A stretch of 64,000 nucleotides of DNA from Wickerhamiella versatilis (GCA_030867685.1 JAQOWU010000007.1:1736001-1800000); one strand, 5' to 3'; counted from the first letter of the stretch, positions 1 to 10,508 are shown. The notes: generated from the letters alone by a model not told the origin. Made by a program: numbers and translations.

Positions 1-811
1 AAGGTTTAGGGAAGGATATATCGGTTTTTGCCGGATTGAATACCCTTCGCTCCCCGTTAATCCACGGCACGTTGACATGTGGCAGACGATTTTCACGTAA
101 AGCTAAGTGCTCTATAGTAGTATGCCCCGTCAAAGTATATCCGATATGCTGGAAAATAAGAGGAACTACGAATCCAAGTGAAAGGCCGATTAATATATAA
201 AGTGCAATGATATTACCATTAATGTGTGAGCCGTGCTCATATATAAGCAACGACACAAGCATCAGGGTAAGAATCAAAAATACACACCATGCGAATTGAA
301 GGAAAAACTTCAGATTTCCTTGACCGATCACAGCAGCGAGCCAAGGACAGAAGTGGTCCATTACGGGGACGCATCGGTCGAGGTGGCCAGTATGATGGGT
401 ACGAGCTGGTTTTATACGTTGGCAATTAAAACAATAAAGTGCGTATCCCTGCGCATCACAAAGAAAAGCATCGTTAGGCCCACTTCGCTCATAATCATCT
501 GTAATCGTTCCTGGTCCCCAAATGTGGATTGCTGCCCAAGATATATATAAATGCGCATTAAGCCACGAGAAGAGAACAAGTATAGCAATAGCAGCTCCTC
601 TATTGCGAGGCTCAATACGACGCCAGACAGCAAGCCATCCAAAAGCGTATATAAAGTATCCATTTACGCCCACCACTATGAGTGCCACTACCCAGGGACA
701 ATTATTTAGAAAGTCCTCCGCAGAACGGATTCGCTTGGCACGAAGAAAACATTTGACGACATCACGCTTCTGCGATTTGGCCTTTTCAGGCCGCTGCCCT
801 TCCGCAGACAT
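1..811 (-). CDS. PFA5: DHHC-family palmitoyltransferase, Pfa5-like (3' end runs off the window)
   Basis: Not in the ORF track. Manual translation from ATG at 811 is open to base 1: MSAEGQRPEK...TM segments...FLCDAQGYALYCFNCQRIKPARTHHTGHLDRCVPVMDHFCPWLAAVIGQGNLKFFLQF...GHTTIEHL. This is a Cys-rich DHHC domain (DHFC variant) plus the TTxE motif. Loss of the cysteines after HH resembles Pfa5. Confidence 0.85.
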   Translation of the reverse strand, partial: MSAEGQRPEKAKSQKRDVVKCFLRAKRIRSAEDFLNNCPWVVALIVVGVNGYFIYAFGWLAVWRRIEPRNRGAAIAILVLFSWLNAHLYISWAAIHIWGPGTITDDYERSGPNDAFLCDAQGYALYCFNCQRIKPARTHHTGHLDRCVPVMDHFCPWLAAVIGQGNLKFFLQFAWCVFLILTLMLVSLLIYEHGSHINGNIIALYILIGLSLGFVVPLIFQHIGYTLTGHTTIEHLALRENRLPHVNVPWINGERRVFNPAKTDISFPKP

Positions 812-878
812 GTAAACAAGTAGTATAAGAAAGTTATATGACTCAGCAGCCGTAGACCGGTAAAGCACAGGATATACA

Positions 879-1835
879 ATGGTGGAGGATACGGAGGAGA
901 TGTGTCCTATTTGCCGCTCTAGTAGCTATCTCAACCCCGAAATGAGATTTCTGGTAAATCCTGAATGCTATCATAAAATGTGCGAGTCCTGCGTTGATAG
1001 GATATTTAGCGGTGGTCCATCACCATGCCCTTTTCGTGGCTGTGGCAAGATTCTCCGAAAATCTCGGTTCAAACGTCAGGTTTTTGATGACCTTAAAGTG
1101 GAACGAGAAGTTGACGTGCGCCAGCGTATATGTAGGGTGTTCAATCGGCCTGAGGACTCATTTGCCAGTGAACGAGAGTACAATGACTATCTCGAGAAGA
1201 TTGAAGATTTGGTGTTTCGCATAGCTGGTGGTGGTAGGGATGCGGAGGATGCTGAAAAAGAAGTCCAGGAATATGAAAAGGTGCATAAAAAGGATATATT
1301 GGACAATGCCTTGCGAATGAAGCAAGATAGCCAACGGGAAGAGGAAATTCATAATTTAGAGGTTGAACGTCAGCGCCGCCTGAGAATGATGGCGATTGAG
1401 TTGCAAAAGCAGGAGGACGAGTTGCAAAGGCGTCAAGAGGAAGAGGCTGTCTCGGCCTTAGCTGAAGGAAGGGACGCACAGCTAGCTGTGCGGGAAGCTG
1501 CTGATCGCGCAAAGCAACAGATAGATTTACTTCGCACTCAGTATGAAATGGAACTGAAACGTGTTGTTCAAGCCCCTCAACGTTCCGCAACAGCGGCATC
1601 TGCGGCACAAAAGCCACAGACACCATTCACCCCATTTGCTGGAGACCGTGGCTTTCCTGAGCCATTCACTTTGCAAAACTCCTACTTTGATCCTTTGGCT
1701 GATATGGGTATGAAGGATCCGACAGTAAGGGCAGGTGGGTTCACTGCCCGGGAGTCTGAAAAAGAGGCATTGACCTTAGCATATTGGGGGATGGACATTG
1801 ACATTCAGTCGGAAAAGTCGGTTGCTGCCGTATAA
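879..1835 (+). CDS. TFB3: TFIIH/CAK assembly factor MAT1, RING finger
   Basis: N-terminal C3HC4 RING CPIC..YLNP..LVNPECYHKMCESCVDRIF, then FDDLKVEREVDVR and YNDYLE motifs. Confidence 0.95.
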   Translation: MVEDTEEMCPICRSSSYLNPEMRFLVNPECYHKMCESCVDRIFSGGPSPCPFRGCGKILRKSRFKRQVFDDLKVEREVDVRQRICRVFNRPEDSFASEREYNDYLEKIEDLVFRIAGGGRDAEDAEKEVQEYEKVHKKDILDNALRMKQDSQREEEIHNLEVERQRRLRMMAIELQKQEDELQRRQEEEAVSALAEGRDAQLAVREAADRAKQQIDLLRTQYEMELKRVVQAPQRSATAASAAQKPQTPFTPFAGDRGFPEPFTLQNSYFDPLADMGMKDPTVRAGGFTARESEKEALTLAYWGMDIDIQSEKSVAAV

Positions 1836-1956
1836 TATAGTCCTGGTCGCGTATTTATTCTATTTTTAGAGCATAATTTGTACACTTATGCATGTAATTA
1901 TATTGGCATCAAACGTCAATAAGAGGTTGTTTCAGTATGGGGGTGGATCACTTCAT

Positions 1957-2616
1957 TTAGCGAAGCAAAGAAAGGAACTCCTCCCGTGTTGCCTGGCGCT
2001 CCCTAAAACATCCTAGCATACAGGAAGTCATTGTTGAAGCACCTGGCTTCTGAACACCCCGCATTTCCATGCACATATGGGATGCCTCCATAACGACGGC
2101 AACACCACGAGGCTGCAGTATCTCCCACAATCCATTAGCAATTTGTCTAGTAAGACGCTCCTGCACTTGTAGCCTTCTACTATATAGCTCTGCAATGCGG
2201 GCCAATTTAGACAATCCGATCACACGTTTGTTAGGGATGTATCCGATGTGCACTTTTCCGTAAAATGGCACTAAATGGTGCTCACAAAGGCTGTGTATAG
2301 TTATATCTTTCACTATTACCATTTCGTCATGATTTTCCTCAAATATCGCTCCGTTGATTGTATCAAGGAGTGATTCCTGATAGCCACTTGTCAAAAACAA
2401 TAAGGCTCTGGCATAACGTCCAGGTGTATCCAAAATTCCTTCTCGCTCAGGATCTTCCCCAATCTCGGTGAGAATGGTTTTAACTGCGGCAGCAAGTCTA
2501 TCTTCCCGTTGCTTTGACGCAACTGGATCTGTCGCTTCTGCCTTGCGATCTACTGCTCCCTTAGACGGAAAGCTCAAGCAATTTAGCTGTTGTGAATTTT
2601 TTGAAGACCCATTCAT
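1957..2616 (-). CDS. FOL2: GTP cyclohydrolase I
   Basis: [46 protein letters not shown]. First ATG at 2616; the track starts at a non-ATG codon at 2661. Confidence 0.96.
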   Translation of the reverse strand: MNGSSKNSQQLNCLSFPSKGAVDRKAEATDPVASKQREDRLAAAVKTILTEIGEDPEREGILDTPGRYARALLFLTSGYQESLLDTINGAIFEENHDEMVIVKDITIHSLCEHHLVPFYGKVHIGYIPNKRVIGLSKLARIAELYSRRLQVQERLTRQIANGLWEILQPRGVAVVMEASHMCMEMRGVQKPGASTMTSCMLGCFRERQATREEFLSLLR

Positions 2617-2859
2617 ACTCGATAAAGGTGGATAGAAATTCAGATGCCAGATCGCGGGCAATGCTTTTTCGAAGATGTTTGTAATGGATGAAATAAGGCG
2701 ATCTAATACTCGCCCACTATATGGCGCAAACGATTATTATGCACCGCGGATCACACAGCCTAGTTTTACTCGTGAAACGATATTGAAAGAGAAGTAAGAT
2801 AAATTTATCCATATGCATTATTTATTTATCTTAATAAATTGTTGAGAATTTAAGTAATT

Positions 2860-3588
2860 CTAGCGAAATACGCGGCCCACACCTTGACACACAGGACACG
2901 CGTCTTCGAAAATAAACAAATCATGAATAACTCCTGACCCTCTGCATCTTCCACAGAGCACACCCCCAATGCTAGGATCACCTGGGCGAACAACTCGAGG
3001 AGGCCCGCTGAAAACTGGTGCAGCTCCATAAGGTAAGTGATGAATCTGCTGCGAACCGACGCCAAACTTTTCGTAACATTTTTTGCACGTGGTCCCCTTA
3101 TCCTGCTTAATTCCCGTGTTATGGCATCTTTGACACCAATATCCTGGTGGGTAATTTAGGGGAGGCCCTGGTGGAGGTTGAGAGTATCCTTGGTGTGGGT
3201 GATAGTTATTATAGGGATAAGTATGTCCCTGAGGCGGAGGGGCTTGGAATTGGGGATACTGGCTCGGAGCAGGTGACGGGCTGTGTGCGGGTCCTGCTGA
3301 CCCTGAGAAATGTGATGATGGCCTGGGTGGTGGACGTGGTGGTGGCACGTAGTGTTCGGATGTTTGTGTGCCTGGCCTCGGTGGCGGATTTGGTGGTGGC
3401 CTGAATGCAGATGCTGAGCTTGTATGAGTGGAATCGGAAGATTGGCTATTAGTTGGGCCTTGTGGCGTTTCAAGTGTCACTGTCCCCTCCTCTGCTACTA
3501 AAGAATAAGGAGGAGGCTCTTCCGCTGGTACGGTCTCTCCCCGCGTTGTGTCTACTGGAGGATCAGCCTTGGACCTATTACCACTCAT
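2860..3588 (-). CDS. HUA1: Proline-rich Hua1-like protein with DnaJ-type Zn-finger repeats
   Basis: PPPY motif, YPPGYWCQRCHNTG..CKKC, VVRPGDPSIGGVLCGRCRGSG..CPVCQGVGRV. Start taken at MSGNR (3588); alternative in-frame ATG 3621. Confidence 0.75.
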   Translation of the reverse strand: MSGNRSKADPPVDTTRGETVPAEEPPPYSLVAEEGTVTLETPQGPTNSQSSDSTHTSSASAFRPPPNPPPRPGTQTSEHYVPPPRPPPRPSSHFSGSAGPAHSPSPAPSQYPQFQAPPPQGHTYPYNNYHPHQGYSQPPPGPPLNYPPGYWCQRCHNTGIKQDKGTTCKKCYEKFGVGSQQIHHLPYGAAPVFSGPPRVVRPGDPSIGGVLCGRCRGSGVIHDLFIFEDACPVCQGVGRVFR

Positions 3589-3897
3589 GACAAAGCTGTC
3601 AAGATACTGATGCCAAGACATAAGACATAACACTTACACATTTGCTTTGCTGCTGAGAAGGGCTTCCACCAACGTTTTCTTGGATATTATAAGTTCAAAG
3701 CAAGAGTTACATTAAGTTATTTTTTCTAGTTTGCAGGAGCTTGCCAGTCAACAGCGCTCAAGGAATGTAATATTGACCATATTCTTATTCAACAATGCGT
3801 TTCCTATGTTATATTATATTATGTTATGCTATGTTGGCCTATCACAATTCCAGTTCTGTAGCTATCTAGAACCCGTTGCGCAATCTCGATTACTCAC

Positions 3898-4704
3898 ATG
3901 AGTTACGGAGTCAAAGCAGCAGGTAGACTTGCGGGGAAGACTGTTCTGCTCACCGGAGCAAGCAGTGGTATTGGCCAGGCCACTGCAGTGGAACTTGCTG
4001 AAGCTGCCAATGGTAAGATCAATTTGATTATCACAGCCCGCCGTTTGGAACGCTTGAACGAACTCAAGAGTGCACTTGTGAGCAAATATCAAAACATTTC
4101 AGTCTTGCCATTGGCCTTTGATATATCCAAGTACCGTGAAGTGCGGCAGTGGGTTGAGAAACTGCCCTCAGAGTGGTCCAAGGTTGATATCCTTATCAAC
4201 AATGCTGGGTTGGCATCCGGTAAGGAAACGGTCGGTGAGATCCTTGAAGAAGATATTGAAGCAATGTATTTCACGAATGTGTTAGGAATGATTGAATTGA
4301 CCAATGCCTTTGTGTCGAGGTTCCGTGCTCAAGGTGCTGGTGATGTCGTTATGCTGGGCTCAATTGCAGGTCGTGAAGCCTACCCTGGTGGTAGCATCTA
4401 CTGTGCGACAAAGGCAAGTTTGCGCAGCTTCACCAGTGCACTGCGCCGGGAAACCATTGATGTACCTGGCATTCGTGTCATCGAGGTCGACCCAGGTGCG
4501 GTTGAGACGGAGTTCTCACTCGTGAGATTCCGTGGAGACAAATCTAAGGCAGATTCTGTTTACACTGGAACAGATCCTCTCTCAGCCGAGGACATCGCTG
4601 AAATCATTGTGTTTGCCTTATCTCGTCGTCAGAATACCGTTATCGCGGAGACTCTCGTATTCCCGTCGCACCAGGCAGGTGCAGGCGCCATCCATCGCAA
4701 ATAG
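3898..4704 (+). CDS. NADP-dependent short-chain dehydrogenase (YMR226C/YdfG-like 3-hydroxy acid dehydrogenase)
   Basis: TGASSGIG, ARRLERL, LINNAG, YCATK catalytic motif, PGAVETEFSLVRFRGD. Confidence 0.9.
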   Translation: MSYGVKAAGRLAGKTVLLTGASSGIGQATAVELAEAANGKINLIITARRLERLNELKSALVSKYQNISVLPLAFDISKYREVRQWVEKLPSEWSKVDILINNAGLASGKETVGEILEEDIEAMYFTNVLGMIELTNAFVSRFRAQGAGDVVMLGSIAGREAYPGGSIYCATKASLRSFTSALRRETIDVPGIRVIEVDPGAVETEFSLVRFRGDKSKADSVYTGTDPLSAEDIAEIIVFALSRRQNTVIAETLVFPSHQAGAGAIHRK

Positions 4705-4759
4705 GTTAAATCTGCTATAGACTAAGCAATGCTAAGCTAAACAATGTTTTTAGTTATCT

Positions 4760-5536
4760 TCATTCATTCAGAGATGCTGCGAGTGACTGATATGTGAGCC
4801 TACCGCCAGACTTTTCAAGAGAGTCCGATACCTTAGCTACCAGCTCTTCCGTAACAAATACGGCAATATTTCCTGATTCCAAAATATGTGCACCAAGCGA
4901 CTCCGCAAGTTCGCGGTCTTGATCGTCAGTCACGCTGCTATGTCCGGTACTTTTGAGTGACTGCTCAATCTCCATCCGACGAGCCAATCTGCGCTCCTTC
5001 GCATCTTCCTCGGCCGCTTTACGCTCGCGCCTTTGGTCTTCGAAAGCTTCTTTTGCGGCAGCTTCCCGGGCCTCTCGATCACGCTGCTCCTCAGCGATAA
5101 GATCACCGAACATTTGATCTTCCAGTTGACTTCGTTGCCGCTCCTCATCAGCTCTCAATCGTACATATTCATAATATGCCCGTTTTTGCTCCCTGCGAGC
5201 GAGAGACTTTGCCTTTTTTGGCCCGACCTCTCCTCGTTGCTTCCAGTTATTCACACGTTGAGGAGGGTTTTCAGCAGCTTGACGAGCCTGCTCTGCTTCC
5301 AAAGCTCGACGTGGTAAGTCATTATCAGCTTCTTGATCTACATCTTCGTCACTTGTTCCCTCATCGTCCGTCAGATTGTCTAATTCCTCAAGTAAAGGGT
5401 GCTGGTCTGCAGACCCAGCATCCTCCACAACAGTTGACCGGGGACGAAATAAATTGGATCGAGAGGTGCCAACGTATGCAACTGTTAGAAGCCCTAGTGT
5501 GGCAGCCCAAATATATGGCCACGGCGAACTAACCAT
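4760..5536 (-). CDS. Membrane-anchored coiled-coil protein, DDRGK1/UFBP1-like
   Basis: N-terminal TM (WPYIWAATLGLLTVAYV), acidic linker, VGPKKAKSLARREQKRAY charged helix, C-terminal FVTEELVAKV..SGGRLTYQSLA resembling the DDRGK1 winged-helix end. First ATG at 5536. Confidence 0.6.
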   Translation of the reverse strand: MVSSPWPYIWAATLGLLTVAYVGTSRSNLFRPRSTVVEDAGSADQHPLLEELDNLTDDEGTSDEDVDQEADNDLPRRALEAEQARQAAENPPQRVNNWKQRGEVGPKKAKSLARREQKRAYYEYVRLRADEERQRSQLEDQMFGDLIAEEQRDREAREAAAKEAFEDQRRERKAAEEDAKERRLARRMEIEQSLKSTGHSSVTDDQDRELAESLGAHILESGNIAVFVTEELVAKVSDSLEKSGGRLTYQSLAASLNE

Positions 5537-5793
5537 GACCTCACCGTCTCTTTCTTTATGTGGAGAACGATGGTTAGTCAGTTCAATTTCAATTTCTAGA
5601 AGCGTAGTCCACGCACCTCCCACTGTTTAAAATATATAAAACAATTTCCGTGTAGGTCTTAGCCCACTCTATTTATGAGTGAAATAGTACCCAATGACAG
5701 TTACAGAATGCACTGTTTTGCCTGGCACGTTAAACCAGATCTGATTACATAATCAACAAGAATATTGTAAGGTGACAGAAATCAAGTAGACGG

Positions 5794-8091
5794 ATGAATG
5801 TGGAGGACGTAGCTGGTGACATAGAGAGCACTGTGACTCGTCTTTTACAGCATATGAAACAGCTTCTGGAGATTCTCCAACGCTGGGCTCGTCGTGAAGC
5901 TAGTGAAGAAGATGTTAGCGATGTCTACGTGCAATTGGGTAATGAATTTAATCTTGCTTGCCGAAAGTTCACCTCTGCTGGTGTACAAGTTAATGATCTT
6001 GGTGATGTTCCTCAGATGCTTCGTGAAATCCTCGAACGAGCCCTGGCTGAAGAGGCATCAACGGCAAGCCTGGAGCGGCACCTTCCATCGATACGGGGAA
6101 TAATCGTGAATCTCCTTCGGCAGCTAAAGCATAAACAAACACTCGTACGCCACCCAACTTCTGTACTTTCCCGTACCACATCTCCAGTGTCTGTTAATAG
6201 TCAATCTTCCTCGCGCCATGCTTCATCTCGTGGGCCGACTCCGACGTCCGCTGCTCCGACGCAGGCTGCTAATACGTTCACAGAGCTTCGGAATCGTCGT
6301 GCATTGGAAAGAGCTGCTTCGAAGCGGTTTTCGGCCCACCACCTTTCCAGAATGATGAATGGACAATCTGTAGAGCAGACTTTACTACCGACCACAATGC
6401 CCACACCCGCAGGCAGAGCACCTAAACCTGCAGAGTTTACTGGGATGCATGTTCATGAAGAACCGCGTAGACGGGTCTCTGGTTTTTCGGAGAGCAGGCC
6501 TGTACCGGGACCTGTGCCTGGGTCTGTGCCTGGGCATATAAGGAGATCTAGCGGTCATCGCAAGCAAAAGAGCTCTGGAACTGTCCCAGACTCAAGCATT
6601 CCAGAGCACATGGCTCAAAGTTCCTCAAAGATGCGGAAATCATCAAGGGGTAGTGAGATGTCGTCTTCTGGTCCAAGTATTATGGCACCAGAAAGAGCAC
6701 CTTCCCATTCTGTGAGCTCTGGTATGGATGCAAGCCCGAGCTCAGAAAAAGAGTCCTCGCCTCCAAAGCTTCACGTATTTCTTCGTTTGGGCAACCGTGT
6801 CCGTAAGGCGGAAATAGATGCTCCACCTTCCCTGGTCGCAATCCGACTAAGGTTCGTGGACATGTTTGGATATACCCCTAGTGGTGAGGATGTTTTCCCT
6901 GAGATGCTAATACAAGATGAGAAAACTGGAATTGAGTATGAACTGACGGAGGCAACTGCTAGAGACGTGAAACCTGGATCATTATTGACCTTGAAGGCAA
7001 AAACATCTGAGGAACTCAGCTTGGAAAAGCGTATGGATGCAATTCAAGAAGGACTCGAAAAATTGAATGCCCGGCTTTCATCTGCCCCAGCTCCAGCGAG
7101 CGGTCCTGGGAATTCTTTTCAGAGAAATAATTCGATGCCTGTAGTGCATCCACCGAGTATTCCAAGCCGTAGAATTCCTCCTGAAAGTGCCGAAGGATTT
7201 CGACAAGAGCTTGCTGTGATACGTCAGATATCGGCTAAAGCTATCGGTACGATGCGTACTGAGCTTGGTTCTTTGACAGATACTATAAAAGAACTTCAAG
7301 CTCTCCCAGCCAACGGGGGCGGTTCCCGGACTTATATGACAGAATCACGTACTCGTCTTGATAATGACTGTACGGTTCTTCTTCGTTTAGTAGATGAGAT
7401 ACAGGATATTGTCGACTCACAAAGAGAAAGTGTCGTTCAACGTGGTATATGGATAGCGCCAAAGCGCCTCGATCTCGTACGACGTGAGCTTGCCAGAGCA
7501 ACTGCAGATCATCGCGAACTGACCAAGTTTGTTGAAACGGAGAAACCGGTATGGAAACGTACCTGGGAGTCCGAATTGAATACAATTGTTGAAGAGGAGC
7601 AGTTTGTAAAACTTCAGGAAGAACTCATAGTTGATCTCGAGGGAGACATAGCGAATGCTCAAAAAACTTTTGATTTGGTTGCTCAAGTTTCTGAAGAGCT
7701 AAGCCATGGAAGGACTCGGACACCCCAAATTGCCCCAATCCCGCCTGGTCAGGAGAACCAAGTCAAAAAGGCAGTCTTGGATGAGGTATCTGCATTACAC
7801 CCTGATCACTCACATCGTGCTCAAGCGGTGGAGCGCGTTGAACGATTGCGCCAGCGAGAACTGGAACAAGGTACATTAAATGAGTTTGAGACAGAGCTCA
7901 GCCAGTTTGTAGATGAGGATAGACTTACGAAGTCCGGAGGTGTTGCTGAGGTTGAGCGAAAAAGAGAGGAGCGTGACAAACAGACTCGTGAATTGTCCTT
8001 ACGGCACGAAGCTGAGCTTCGTGCGCAACGTGAAGAGCGTAGGCGAGCTCGGAAAGCAGAGAACTCAGAGGTAAAACCTGCATCTGAGTAG
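5794..8091 (+). CDS. BUD6: Actin/formin-interacting polarity protein Bud6/Aip3
   Basis: N-terminal IESTVTRLL..KQLLE.L..W, VSDVYVQLG; AIP3 domain FLRLGNRVRK, EKPVWKRTWESELNTIVEEEQF. Confidence 0.93.
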   Translation: MNVEDVAGDIESTVTRLLQHMKQLLEILQRWARREASEEDVSDVYVQLGNEFNLACRKFTSAGVQVNDLGDVPQMLREILERALAEEASTASLERHLPSIRGIIVNLLRQLKHKQTLVRHPTSVLSRTTSPVSVNSQSSSRHASSRGPTPTSAAPTQAANTFTELRNRRALERAASKRFSAHHLSRMMNGQSVEQTLLPTTMPTPAGRAPKPAEFTGMHVHEEPRRRVSGFSESRPVPGPVPGSVPGHIRRSSGHRKQKSSGTVPDSSIPEHMAQSSSKMRKSSRGSEMSSSGPSIMAPERAPSHSVSSGMDASPSSEKESSPPKLHVFLRLGNRVRKAEIDAPPSLVAIRLRFVDMFGYTPSGEDVFPEMLIQDEKTGIEYELTEATARDVKPGSLLTLKAKTSEELSLEKRMDAIQEGLEKLNARLSSAPAPASGPGNSFQRNNSMPVVHPPSIPSRRIPPESAEGFRQELAVIRQISAKAIGTMRTELGSLTDTIKELQALPANGGGSRTYMTESRTRLDNDCTVLLRLVDEIQDIVDSQRESVVQRGIWIAPKRLDLVRRELARATADHRELTKFVETEKPVWKRTWESELNTIVEEEQFVKLQEELIVDLEGDIANAQKTFDLVAQVSEELSHGRTRTPQIAPIPPGQENQVKKAVLDEVSALHPDHSHRAQAVERVERLRQRELEQGTLNEFETELSQFVDEDRLTKSGGVAEVERKREERDKQTRELSLRHEAELRAQREERRRARKAENSEVKPASE

Positions 8092-8207
8092 TGGATTCTT
8101 CAGTAATACCATACTCCATATTAGATTCTATTTAATGCTTATTATAAGTAGCTATCACTTTACGAAATTTAATAGCACATCATTATGTGCGGCTCTTTCG
8201 TTTTCTC

Positions 8208-10508
8208 TCATTCATTAGCAGCTATTTCTGTGAACGTTCCCCGAGCCTTGTAATATGATGCTAAAGCCCTGCAATGATTTCTGCGAAGGTAGCGCTTCAG
8301 AACAACTACAGCCAATTTATGATTTTTGCTCATACTTCGAACATCGTATATAGCTAGTCTTTCACCCACGAGAGCTCCCATACTACGCATAAGAGGAAGA
8401 CGAAGCGCTTGGGGCATGCGAGTACGAGCACGGCGAAATGCGACTTCAATGTCTGCGAGTGTCCTCAACTCAGCTATGATGCGTTGTCGAATACCATCCA
8501 GGTTCCTAGGAGGTTGAGAAAGTCTTCGACGAATCATAGAACTGCGTATTGGTGTAAATTGGAGAGACCCGCTCTCAATAGAGAACCCAAGGTAATCCAC
8601 TCGAGGAGAAAAAGCATCTACCTTCTCTGGTTTTACAAATGCACCATACTCAGGGAATCCAGACTTCATTCTGTACAGGAATTGATTGGCCAATTCTTTG
8701 TCTGGCGTAACAAAAAGGAAGTCGTCAACATATCGCATCAGCAGACAATTACTGTCGGTAACAAACCCCCCAAGTTCGTTTCTTACTAGGTCATCGTATA
8801 GTAAGTCACAGAGATCCAGCGAAACAGCAGATCCTTGAGGTATACCTTTATTCTTTGTGACTACGTTGCGGCCTGCTCGGACCTGAAGGGTTGTTAGAAG
8901 GCTACGAATGACACCGATGATATCATTTCCCATGACTATCTGCGCTCTCAGCTCACTTATAACGCAGTTTTGGCGTCCTCCGAGTCGAGGAGCGGTGTTA
9001 CCAAAGTCTGCTATAGAAACAGCAGAGGGTGCCAGCATGCTACGACCCTGGATCTTATGAGCAACATTTTGCTGCACTATGAAAGTTTTCCCTCCTATAA
9101 GCTTTTCGAGAAGCTGCAGAAGCTTCTGCGTATTGGCTGTATCGTAACAGTTACTTATATCCGCCTTCACCAGATACATAGTTTGTCCCAGGTGATGGCG
9201 TCGGAACTGTTCTAGCCGCGGAGCACAATCGAAATGTACATTGAGACGAGAAGGATTTGAACTAAGTGACCTGAGAACATAGTGTGCTGTTGAGAGCTTT
9301 TCTTTGAGTGTTTTGAGGTTTACAACCACTCTCGCGCCATCATTTTTGGGGATGACCCGAGAATTTACAGCCTGAGATAAGATAGGTGTATCTTGAGAGA
9401 CAATTGGAACAATGTCAGAACAGTTACGGCTGAATTCTTCCAATGACTGGCTGCGTAACTTACGCCAGACGTAATGGGGGTAAAAATAAGTGCCAGATGG
9501 ATCAAATGAAGTATCAGTCACATGGAAATAAAAAAATATCAGTTGGCGAACAACCCCCGTAAAAATCCAATCTAGAACTGATGACAGAAGCCGCTGCTTT
9601 GAGAACTCATTGAGGCCGCGGGAAAGCCAAGGTACCTCAGAGGTTCTCATGCCCAGCGTACCAACTGTCATTATTTCAGATGCACGCAAATGAACTAGTT
9701 TTTCAACTGCATGAAGTAAGATATTCCAATTATGCCCTGCACCTACTAGTGAGTGTGGAAGGAATTTCGAGAGTCTTCCCCACAGGAATCTGGCAACAAT
9801 ATGCTGAGGCGTGAACTGTTTTGGACTTGCCGGAGCTACACCACCAAGTCTTTTTGAGTTTAGAGTTGCTTTGGCTGCAATATCTCGGACTTTGGCCAAA
9901 CTCTTTTTCTCAGCTGGTGATTTAGCACGTAGAGAGAATGGTGTAATTTGGAGTGTCTTCGCAAATGGCGATTCTCTCCGAAAATACTCTCGGGCCCTCA
10001 ACCCTGATAAAGCTTTGGTCCTGGAAGATGAGAATCTCATTCGCGCAGCGGCCGACCAAACTTCTTGGAGCGATAGGCCGGTCACCTGTTGCCAGCAATC
10101 TCTACCCAATGGTTTGAATACCGCACATTTTGAGATCAGAAAAGCAGTCCAGTCATGCCCAATTGCTTTATCCAGGAAACGCCATCTTCCTGCATATAAT
10201 TCATGCACAACAGCGTTATAGCCTGCCAACTGTCTTGGAACAATGGAAGAGTGTGAGGACGCTACCCATTCGAGAACCTCTACTATAAAGGATTCAAACT
10301 CCTCAGCCCATTTTCCCTGAACTGCTGGGCCCGAAAGGAACTCACTGGGTACACCTACCCAATATTTCGACAAGAGCGGCTCCACTTCCTCCCGCTCCAT
10401 TGGATTCAAACTATCAAGCGGTCGAATATTTACATTGCTCAGATAGTCTCCTAGTTTGTAAAACCCCGCAAAATGTCCAGAAAGGTGTCGAAGGGTAGGC
10501 GACCGCAT
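8208..10508 (-). CDS. EST2: Telomerase reverse transcriptase (TERT), intronless, 766 aa
   Basis: TEN/GQ (WRFLDKAIGHDWTAFLISKCAVF..CWQQVTGLSL), QFP (VARFLWGRLSKFLP..VPWL), T motif (FFYFHVTD..YFY..VW), motif 1/2 (RVIPK, RVVVN), A (KADISNCYDT), B' (GIPQGSAVS), C (RYVDDFL), D (GFPEYG..KPEK), E (YLGF). In-frame TAA three codons upstream fixes the start. Confidence 0.95.
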   Translation of the reverse strand: MRSPTLRHLSGHFAGFYKLGDYLSNVNIRPLDSLNPMEREEVEPLLSKYWVGVPSEFLSGPAVQGKWAEEFESFIVEVLEWVASSHSSIVPRQLAGYNAVVHELYAGRWRFLDKAIGHDWTAFLISKCAVFKPLGRDCWQQVTGLSLQEVWSAAARMRFSSSRTKALSGLRAREYFRRESPFAKTLQITPFSLRAKSPAEKKSLAKVRDIAAKATLNSKRLGGVAPASPKQFTPQHIVARFLWGRLSKFLPHSLVGAGHNWNILLHAVEKLVHLRASEIMTVGTLGMRTSEVPWLSRGLNEFSKQRLLSSVLDWIFTGVVRQLIFFYFHVTDTSFDPSGTYFYPHYVWRKLRSQSLEEFSRNCSDIVPIVSQDTPILSQAVNSRVIPKNDGARVVVNLKTLKEKLSTAHYVLRSLSSNPSRLNVHFDCAPRLEQFRRHHLGQTMYLVKADISNCYDTANTQKLLQLLEKLIGGKTFIVQQNVAHKIQGRSMLAPSAVSIADFGNTAPRLGGRQNCVISELRAQIVMGNDIIGVIRSLLTTLQVRAGRNVVTKNKGIPQGSAVSLDLCDLLYDDLVRNELGGFVTDSNCLLMRYVDDFLFVTPDKELANQFLYRMKSGFPEYGAFVKPEKVDAFSPRVDYLGFSIESGSLQFTPIRSSMIRRRLSQPPRNLDGIRQRIIAELRTLADIEVAFRRARTRMPQALRLPLMRSMGALVGERLAIYDVRSMSKNHKLAVVVLKRYLRRNHCRALASYYKARGTFTEIAANE

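Noticed and set aside
5555-5616. Possible 5'UTR intron on the minus strand (GTGCGT...GACTAAC...AAG)
   Set aside because: Weak donor and acceptor, not needed for the ORF, and unsupported without RNA data.
8208-10508. Reverse transcriptase read as a retrotransposon
   Set aside because: Telomerase-specific GQ, QFP and T motifs are present; there is no gag, integrase, RNase H, endonuclease or LTR.
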